A stretch of DNA of 64,000 nucleotides from Auanema rhodensis (Eukaryota > Animalia > Nematoda): positions 3,038,001-3,102,000 of the forward strand of contig OZ059900.1 in assembly GCA_964057225.1 (NCBI GenBank). The letters run 5' to 3'. Under the pieces are notes generated by a model. It did no database searches. It saw nothing but the letters and a program-made list of their open reading frames with translations, and was not told the DNA's origin. Made by a program: the position numbers and the translations under genes. This document shows, in pieces, positions 1 to 10,783 of this stretch (the first letter of the stretch is position 1; each line of letters opens with the position of its first letter).

Positions 1-348
1 TAAGTATGGTCGTTTTTATGCCTTTAACACCATATACTCACCGATTTTTGGTACAAAATCTGTGATACTCGTAAATTTTGATCATATTCGGTGAGATTCG
101 AGAATCAAACACACAATGCACGAAATAAGTTTATTTTGACGAGTTTGCACTGATATTTATTCATTTTGATCAAAAAAGGTCGAAAATAGAAAGAATTTTT
201 GAATTTTCCGAGTTTTGAGTCCAATTGGGCTAAATCGCTCATATATATGATCAAAAGCATAGTTTTACTGTCTATGATAACAAAAGTCTTCAAATCTACA
301 CTAATAATGTGTAAATCACTGAATTTCACTCAAATAGCATTACTACAC
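1..348. repeat. Representative 348-bp monomer (arbitrary phase)
   Basis: The next copy starts at 349. Hand count gives 107/348 G+C, three TGATCA sites (79, 167, 248) and many A/T tracts. Confidence 0.98.
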
Positions 349-695
349 TAAGTATGGTCGTTTTTATGCCTTTAACACCATATACTCACCGATTTTTGGT
401 ACAAAATCTGTGATACTCGTAAATTTTGATCATATTCGGTGAGATTCGAGAATCAAACACACAATACACGAAATAAGTTTGTTTTTACGAGTTTGCACTG
501 ATATTTATTCATTTTGATCAAAAAAGGTCGAAAATAGAAAGAATTTTTGAAATTTCCGAGTTTTGAGTCTAATTTGGCTAAATCGCTCATATATATGATC
601 AAAAGCATAGTTTTATTGTCTATGACAACAAAAGTCATCAATTAAACGCTAGTGATGTTTAAATACTGATTTTCGCTCAAATAGCATTACTACAC
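349..695. repeat. Representative 347-bp monomer (B-tail variant)
   Basis: Tail reads GTCATCAATTAAACGCTAGTGATGTTTAAATACTG instead of GTCTTCAAATATACACTAATAATGTGTAAATCACTG. The missing C (AAATCACTG to AAATACTG) explains the 1-bp difference. Confidence 0.97.
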
Positions 696-3600
696 TAAGT
701 ATGGTCGTTTTTATGCCTTTAACACCATATACTCACCGATTTTTGGTACAAAATCTGTGATACTCGTAAATTTTGATCATATTCGGTGAGATTCGAGAAT
801 CAAACACACAATGCACGAAATAAGTTTATTTTGACGAGTTTGCACTGATATTTATTCATTTTGATCAAAAAAGGTCGAAAATAGAAAGAATTTTTGAATT
901 TTCCGAGTTTTGAGTCCAATTGGGCTAAATCGCTCATATATATGATCAAAAGCATAGTTTTACTGTCTATGATAACAAAAGTCTTCAAATATACACTAAT
1001 GATGTGTAAATCACTGAATTTCACTCAAATAGCTTTACTACACTAAGTATGGTCGTTTTTATGCCTTTAACACCATATACTCACCGATTTTTGGTACAAA
1101 ATCTGTAATACTCGTAAATTTTGATCATATTCGTTAAGATTTGAGAATCAAACATACAATACACAAAATCAGTCTATTTTTATGAGCTTGCACTGATATA
1201 TATTCATTTTGATCAAAAAAGGTCGAAAATAGAAAGAATTTTTGAAATTTCCGAGTTTTGAGTCTAATTTGGCTAAATCGCTCATATATATGATCAAAAG
1301 CATAGTTTTACTGTCTATGATAACAAAAGTCTTCAAATATACACTAATAATGTGTAAATCACTGAATTTCACTCAAATAGCTTTACTACACTAAGTATGG
1401 TCGTTTTTATGCCTTTAACACCATATACTCACCGATTTTTGGTACAAAATCTGTGATACTCGTAAATTTTGATCATATTCGGTGAGATTCGAGAATCAAA
1501 CACACAATACACGAAATAAGTTTATTTTTACGAGTTTGCACTGATATTTATTCATTTTGATCAAAAAAGGTCGAAAATAGAAAGAATTTTTGAAATTTCC
1601 GAGTTTTGAGTCTAATTTGGCTAAATCGCTTATATATATGATCAAAAGCATAGTTTTACTGTCTATGATAACAAAAGTCTTCAAATATACACTAATAATG
1701 TGTAAATCACTGAATTTCACTCAAATAGCATTACTACACTAAGTATGGTCGTTTTTATGCCTTTAACACCATATACTCACCGATTTTTGGTACAAAATCT
1801 GTGATACTCGTAAATTTTGATCATATTCGGTGAGATTCGAGAATCAAACACACAATGCACGAAATAAGTTTATTTTGACGAGTTTGCACTGATATTTATT
1901 CATTTTGATCAAAAAAGGTCGAAAATAGAAAGAATTTTTTAATTTTCCGAGTTTTGAGTCCAATTGGGCTAAATCGCTCATATATATGATCAAAAGCATA
2001 GTTTTACTGTCTATTATAACAAAAGTCTTCAAATATACACTAATGATGTGTAAATCACTGAATTTCACTCAAATAGCTTTACTACACTAAGTATGGTCGT
2101 TTTTATGCCTTTAACACCATATACTCACCGATTTTTGGTACAAAATCTGTAATACTCGTAAATTTTGATCATATTCGTTAAGATTTGAGAATCAAACATA
2201 CAATACACAAAATCAGTCTATTTTTATGAGCTTGCACTGATATATATTCATTTTGATCAAAAAAGGTCGAAAATAGAAAGAATTTTTGAAATTTACGAGT
2301 TTTGAGTCTAATTTGGCTAAATCGCTCATATATATGATCAGAAGCATAGTTTTATTGTCTATGACAACGAAAGTCATTAATTAAACACTAATGATGTTTA
2401 AATCACTAAATTTCGCTCAAATAGCATTACTACACTAAGTATGGTCGTTTTTATGCCTTTAACACCATATACTCACCGATTTTTGGTACAAAATCTGTGA
2501 TACTCGTAAATTTTGATCATATTCGGTGAGATTCGAGAATCAAACACACAATACACAAAATAAGTTTATTTTTACGAGTTTGCACTGATATTTATTTATT
2601 TTGATCAAAAAAGGTCGAAAATAGAAAGAATTTTTGAAATTTCCGAGTTTTGAGTCTAATTTGGCTAAATCGCTCATATATAATATCAAAAGCATAGTTT
2701 TATTGTCTATGACAACAAAAGTCATCAATTAAACGCTAGTGATGTTTAAATACTGATTTTCGCTCAAATAGCATTACTACACTAAGTATGGTCGTTTTTA
2801 TGCCTTTAACACCATATACTCACCGATTTTTGGTACAAAATCTGTGATACTCGTAAATTTTGATCATATTCGGTGAGATTCGAGAATCAAACACACAATA
2901 CACGAAATAAGTTTATTTTTACGAGTTTGCACTGATATTTATTCATTTTGATCAAAAAAGGTCGAAAATAGAAAGAATTTTTGAAATTTCCGAGTTTTGA
3001 GTCTAATTTGGCTAAATCGCTCATATATATGATCAAAAGCATAGTTTTATTGTCTATGACAACAAAAGTCATCAATTAAACGCTAGTGATGTTTAAATAC
3101 TGAATTTCGCTCAAATAGCATTACTACACTAAGTATGGTCGTTTTTATGCCTTTAACACCATATACTCACCGATTTTTGGTACAAAATCTGTAATACTCG
3201 TAAATTTTGATCATATTCGTTAAGATTTGAGAATCAAACATACAATACACAAAATCAGTCAATTTTTATGAGCGTGCACTGATATATATTCATTTTGATC
3301 AAAAAAGGTCGAAAATAGAAAGAATTTTTGAAATTTACGAGTTTTGAGTCTAATTTGGCTAAATCGCTCATATATATGATCAGAAGCATAGTTTTATTGT
3401 CTATGACAACGAAAGTCATTAATTAAACACTAATGATGTTTAAATCACTAAATTTCGCTCAAATAGCATTACTACACTAAGTATGGTCGTTTTTATGCCT
3501 TTAACACCATATACTCACCGATTTTTGGTACAAAATCTGTAATACTCGTAAATTTTGATCATATTCGGTGAGATTCGAGAATCAAACACACAATACACGA

Positions 3601-6600
3601 AATAAGTTTATTTTGACGAGTTTGCACTGATATTTATTCATTTTGATCAAAAAAGGTCGAAAATAGAAAGAATTTTTGAATTTTCCGAGTTTTGAGTCCA
3701 ATTGGGCTAAATCGCTCATATATATGATCAAAAGCATAGTTTTACTGTCTATGATAACAAAAGTCTTCAAATATACACTAATGATGTGTAAATCACTGAA
3801 TTTCACTCAAATAGCTTTACTACACTAAGTATGGTCGTTTTTATGCCTTTAACACCATATACTCACTGATTTTTGGTACAAAATCTGTGATACTCGTAAA
3901 TTTTGATCATATTCGGTGAGATTCGAGAATCAAACATACAATACACAAAATCAGTCTATTTTTATGAGCTTGCACTGATATATATTCATTTTGATCAAAA
4001 AAGGTCGAAAATAGAAAGAATTTTTGAAATTTACGAGTTTTGAGTCTAATTTGGCTAAATCGTTCATATATATGATCAGAAGCATAGTTTTATTGTCTAT
4101 GACAACGAAAGTCATTAATTAAACACTAATGATGTTTAAATCACTAAATTTCGCTCAAATAGCATTACTACACTAAGTATGGTCGTTTTTATGCCTTTAA
4201 CACCATATACTCACCGATTTTTGGTACAAAATCTGTAATACTCGTAAATTTTGATCATATTCGGTGAGATTCGAGAATCAAACACACAATACACGAAATA
4301 AGTTTATTTTGACGAGTTTGCACTGATATTTATTCAATTTGATCAAAAAAGGTCGAAAATAGAAAGAATTTTTGAATTTTCCGAGTTTTGAGTCCAATTG
4401 GGCTAAATCGCTCATATATATGATCAAAAGCATAGTTTTACTGTCTATGATAACAAAAGTCTTCAAATATACACTAATGATGTGTAAATCACTGAATTTC
4501 ACTCAAATAGCATTACTACACTAAGTATGATCGTTTTTATGCCTTTAACACCATATACTCACCGATTTTTGGTACAAAATCTGTGATACTCGTAAATTTT
4601 GATCATATTCGGTGAGATTCGAGAATCAAACACACAATACACGAAATAAGTTTATTTTTACGAGTTTGCACTGATATTTATTCATTTTGATCAAAAAAGG
4701 TCGAAAATAGAAAGAATTTTTGAAATTTCCGAGTTTTGAGTCTAATTTGGCTAAATCGCTCATATATATGATCAAAAGCATAGTTTTATTGTCTATGACA
4801 ACAAAAGTCATCAATTAAACGCTAGTGATGTTTAAATACTGAATTTCGCTCAAATAGCATTACTACACTAAGTATGGTCGTTTTTATGCCTTTAACACCA
4901 TATACTCACCGATTTTTGGTACAAAATCTGTGATACTCGTAAATTTTGATCATATTCGGTGAGATTCGAGAATCAAACACACAATGCACGAAATAAGTTT
5001 ATTTTGACGAGTTTGCACTGATATTTATTCATTTTGATCAAAAAAGGTCGAAAATAGAAAGAATTTTTGAATTTTCCGAGTTTTGAGTCCAATTGGGCTA
5101 AATCGCTCATATATATGATCAAAAGCATAGTTTTACTGTCTATGATAACAAAAGTCTTCAAATATACACTAATGATGTGTAAATCACTGAATTTCACTCA
5201 AATAGCTTTACTACACTAAGTATGGTCGTTTTTATGCCTTTAACACCATATACTCACCGATTTTTGGTACAAAATCTGTAATACTCGTAAATTTTGATCA
5301 TATTCGTTAAGATTTGAGAATCAAACATACAATACACAAAATCAGTCTATTTTTATGAGCTTGCACTGATATATATTCATTTTGATCAAAAAAGGTCAAA
5401 AATAGAAAGAATTTTTGAAATTTCCGAGTTTTGAGTCTAATTTGGCTAAATCGCTCATATATATGATCAAAAGCATAGTTTTACTGTCTATGATAACAAA
5501 AGTCTTCAAATATACACTAATAATGTGTAAATCACTGAATTTCACTCAAATAGCTTTACTACACTAAGTATGGTCGTTTTTATGCCTTTAACACCATATA
5601 CTCACCGATTTTTGGTACAAAATCTGTGATACTCGTAAATTTTGATCATATTCGGTGAGATTCGAGAATCAAACATACAATACACAAAATCAGTCTATTT
5701 TTATGAGCTTGCACTGATATATATTCATTTTGATCAAAAAAGGTCGAAAATAGAAAGAATTTTTGAAATTTACGAGTTTTGAGTCTAATTTGGCTAAATC
5801 GCTCATATATATGATCAGAAGCATAGTTTTATTGTCTATGACAACGAAAGTCATTAATTAAACACTAATGATGTTTAAATCACTAAATTTCGCTCAAATA
5901 GCATTACTACACTAAGTATGGTCGTTTTTATGCCTTTAACACCATATACTCACCGATTTTTGGTACAAAATCTGTAATACTCGTAAATTTTGATCATATT
6001 CGTTAAGATTTGAGAATCAAACATACAATACACAAAATCAGTCTATTTTTATGAGCTTGCACTGATATATATTCATTTTGATTAAAAAAGGTCGAAAATA
6101 GAAAGAATTTTTGAAATTTACGAGTTTTGAATCTAATTTGGCTAAATCGCTCATATATATGATCAAAAGCATAGTTTTACTGTCTATGATAACAAAAGTC
6201 TTCAAATATACACTAATAATGATTTAATCACTGAATTTCACTCAAATAGCATTACTACACTAAGTATGGTCGTTTTTATGCCTTTAACACCATATACTCA
6301 CCGATTTTTGGTACAAAATCTGTGATACTCGTAAATTTTGATCATATTCGGTGAGATTCGAGAATCAAACACACAATACACGAAATAAGTTTATTTTTAC
6401 GAGTTTGCACTGATATTTATTCATTTTGATCAAAAAAGGTCGAAAATAGAAAGAATTTTTGAAATTTCCGAGTTTTGAGTCTAATTTGGCTAAATCGCTC
6501 ATATATATGATCAAAAGCATAGTTTTACTGTCTATGATAACAAAAGTCTTCAAATATACACTAATAATGTGTAAATCACTGAATTTCACTCAAATAGCTT

Positions 6601-9600
6601 TACTACACTAAGTATGGTCGTTTTTATGCCTTTAACACCATATACTCACCGATTTTTGGTACAAAATCTGTGATACTCGTAAATTTTGATCATATTCGGT
6701 GAGATTCGAGAATCAAACATACAAAACACAAAATCAGTCTATTTTTATGAGCTTGCACTGATATATATTCATTTTGATCAAAAAAGGTCGAAAATAGAAA
6801 GAATTTTTGAAATTTACGAGTTTTGAGTCTAATTTGGCTAAATCGCTCATATATATGATCAGAAGCATAGTTTTATTGTCTATGACAACGAAAGTCATTA
6901 ATTAAACACTAATGATGTTTAAATCACTAAATTTCGCTCAAATAGCATTACTACACTAAGTATGGTCGTTTTTATGCCTTTAACACCATATACTCACCGA
7001 TTTTTGGTACAAAATCTGTAATACTCGTAAATTTTGATCATATTCGTTAAGATTTGAGAATCAAACATACAATACACAAAATCAGTCTATTTTTATGAGC
7101 TTGCACTGATATATATTCATTTTGATCAAAAAAGGTCGAAAATGGAAAGAATTTTTGAAATTTACGAGTTTTGAATCTAATTTGGCTAAATCGCTCATAT
7201 ATATGATCAAAAGCATAGTTTTTCTGTCTATGATAACAAAAGTCTTCAAATATACACTAGTAATGTGTAAATCACTGAATTTCACTCAAATAGCATTACT
7301 ACACTAAGTATGGTCGTTTTTATGCCTTTAACACCATATACTCACCGATTTTTGGTACAAAATCTGTGATACTCGTAAATTTTGATCATATTCGGTGAGA
7401 TTCCAGAATCAAACACACAATACACGAAATAAGTTTATTTTTACGAGTTTGCACTGATATTTATTCATTTTGATCAAAAAAGGTCGAAAATAGAAAGAAT
7501 TTTTGAAATTTCCGAGTTTTGAGTCTAATTTGGCTAAATCGCTCATATATATGATCAAAAGCATAGTTTTACTGTCTATGATAACAAAAGTCTTCAAATA
7601 TACACTAATAATGTGTAAATCACTGAATTTCACTCAAATAGCATTACTACACTAAGTATGGTCGTTTTTATGCCTTTAACACCATATACTCACCGATTTT
7701 TGGTACAAAATCTGTAATACTCGTAAATTTTGATCATATTCGTTAAGATTTGAGAATCAAACATACAATACACAAAATCAGTCTATTTTTATGAGCTTGC
7801 ACTGATATATATTCATTTTGATCAAAAAAGGTCGAAAATAGAAAGAATTTTTGAAATTTACGAGTTTTGAGTCTAATTTGGCTAAATCGCTCATATATAT
7901 GATCAGAAGCATAGTTTTATTGTCTATGACAACGAAAGTCATTAATTAAACACTAATGATGTTTAAATCACTAAATTTCGCTCAAATAGCATTACTACAC
8001 TAAGTATGGTCGTTTTTATGCCTTTAACACCATATACTCACCGATTTTTGGTACAAAATCTGTAATACTCGTAAATTTTGATCATATTCGGTGAGATTCG
8101 AGAATCAAACACACAATGCACGAAATAAGTTTATTTTGACGAGTTTGCACTGATATTTATTCATTTTGATCAAAAAAGGTCGAAAATAGAAAGAATTTTT
8201 GAATTTTCCGAGTTTTGAGTCCAATTGGGCTAAATCGCTCATATATATGATCAAAAGCATAGTTTTACTGTCTATGATAACAAAAGTCTTCAAATATACA
8301 CTAATGATGTGTAAATCACTGAATTTCACTCAAATAGCTTTACTACACTAAGTATGGTCGTTTTTATGCCTTTAACACCATATACTCACCGATTTTTGGT
8401 ACAAAATCTGTAATACTCGAAAATTTTGATCATATTCGTTAAGATTTGAGAATCAAACATACAATACACAAAATCAGTCTATTTTTATGAGCTTGCACTG
8501 ATATATATTCATTTTGATCAAAAAAGGTCGAAAATAGAAAGAATTTTTGAAATTTCCGAGTTTTGAGTCTAATTTGGCTAAATCGCTCATATATATGATC
8601 AAAAGCATAGTTTTACTGTCTATGATAACAAAAGTCTTCAAATATACACTAATGATGTGTAAATCACTGAATTTCACTCAAATAGCATTACTACACTAAG
8701 TATGGTCGTTTTTATGCCTTTAACACCATATACTCACCGATTTTTGGTACAAAATCTGTGATACTCGTAAATTTTGATCATATTCGGTGAGATTCGAGAA
8801 TCAAACACACAATACACGAAATAAGTTTATTTTTACGAGTTTGCACTGATATTTATTCATTTTGATCAAAAAAGGTCGAAAATAGAAAGAATTTTTGAAA
8901 TTTCCGAGTTTTGAGTCTAATTTGGCTAAATCGCTCATATATATGATCAAAAGCATAGTTTTACTGTCTATGATAACAAAAGTCTTCAAATATACACTAA
9001 TAATGTGTAAATCACTGAATTTCACTCAAATAGCATTACTACACTAAGTATGGTCGTTTTTATGCCTTTAACACCATATACTCACCGATTTTTGGTACAA
9101 AATCTGTGATACTCGTAAATTTTGATCATATTCGGTGAGATTCGAGAATCAAACACACAATACACGAAATAAGTTTATTTTTACGAGTTTGCACTGATAT
9201 TTATTCATTTTGATCAAAAAAGGTCGAAAATAGAAAGAATTTTTGAAATTTCCGAGTTTTGAGTCTAATTTGGCTAAATCGCTCATATATATGATCAAAA
9301 GCATAGTTTTACTGTCTATGATAACAAAAGTCTTCAAATATACACTAATAATGTGTAAATCACTGAATTTCACTCAAATAGCATTACTACACTAAGTATG
9401 GTCGTTTTTATGCCTTTAACACCATATACTCACCGATTTTTGGTACAAAATCTGTGATACTCGTAAATTTTGATCATATTCGGTGAGATTCCAGAATCAA
9501 ACACACAATACACGAAATAAGTTCATTTTTACGAGTTTGCACTGATATTTATTCATTTTGATCAAAAAAGGTCGAAAATAGAAAGAATTTTTGAAATTTC

Positions 9601-10783
9601 CGAGTTTTGAGTCTAATTTGGCTAAATCGCTCATATATATGATCAAAAGCATAGTTTTATTGTCTATGACAACAAAAGTCATCAATTAAACGCTAGTGAT
9701 GTTTAAATACTGAATTTCGCTCAAATAGCAATACTACACTAAGTATGGTCGTTTTTATGCCTTTAACACCATATACTCACCGATTTTTGGTACAAAATCT
9801 GTAATACTCGTAAATTTTGATCATATTCGTTAAGATTTGAGAATCAAACATACAATACACAAAATCAGTCTATTTTTATGAGCTTGCACTGATATATATT
9901 CATTTTGATCAAAAAAGGTCGAAAATAGAAAGAATTTTTGAAATTTACGAGTTTTGAGTCTAATTTGGCTAAATCGCTCATATATATGATCAGAAGCATA
10001 GTTTTATTGTCTATGACAACGAAAGTCATTAATTGAACACTAATGATGTTTAAATCACTAAATTTCGCTCAAATAGCATTACTACACTAAGTATGGTCGT
10101 TTTTATGCCTTTAACACCATATACTCACCGATTTTTGGTACAAAATCTGTAATACTCGTAAATTTTGATCATATTCGGTGAGATTCGAGAATCAAACACA
10201 CAATGCACGAAATAAGTTTATTTTGACGAGTTTGCACTGATATTTATTCATTTTGATCAAAAAAGGTCGAAAATAGAAAGAATTTTTGAATTTTCCGAGT
10301 TTTGAGTCCAATTGGGCTAAATCGCTCATATATATGATCAAAAGCATAGTTTTACTGTCTATGATAACAAAAGTCTTCAAATATACACTAATGATGTGTA
10401 AATCACTGAATTTCACTCAAATAGCTTTACTACACTAAGTATGGTCGTTTTTATGCCTTTAACACCATATACTCACCGATTTTTGGTACAAAATCTGTAA
10501 TACTCGTAAATTTTGATCATATTCGTTAAGATTTGAGAATCAAACATACAATACACAAAATCAGTCTATTTTTATGAGCTTGCACTGATATATATTCATT
10601 TTGATCGAAAAAGGTCGAAAATAGAAAGAAATTTTGAAATTTCCGAGTTTTGAGTCTAATTTGGCTAAATCGCTCATATATATGATCAAAAGCATAGTTT
10701 TACTGTCTATGATAACAAAAGTCTTCAAATATACACTAATAATGTGTAAATCACTGAATTTCACTCAAATAGCTTTACTACAC

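Noticed and set aside
86-102. CENP-B box-like ATTCGGTGAGATTCGAG
   Set aside because: It matches TTCG only; the required A and CGGG of NTTCGNNNNANNCGGGN are not in register.
43-202. Sm-site-like motifs (GATTTTTGG, AATTTTGA, AATTTTTGA) suggesting an snRNA or spliced-leader RNA gene array
   Set aside because: Such motifs are expected by chance in T-tract-rich DNA, and I recognise no leader, snRNA, 5S or tRNA sequence.
1-348. Hammerhead ribozyme, as found in some 300-500 bp animal satellites
   Set aside because: I found no CTGANGA core on either strand (only CTGATAT, CTGAATT, CTGATTT and CTGATCA). An Infernal/Rfam scan would be the definitive check.
1-348. Assignment to a known satellite family (e.g. 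Drosophila 1.688/359-bp, beetle 340-360 bp or plant ~176-bp dimer satellites)
   Set aside because: Only size and AT-richness are similar and I recognise no extended sequence match. This needs BLAST, Dfam or Repbase searches that I cannot run.
7122-7307. Single plus-strand 61 aa ORF
   Set aside because: It is opened by a private TAG-to-TGG change (~7144) in one monomer, so it is a chance product.
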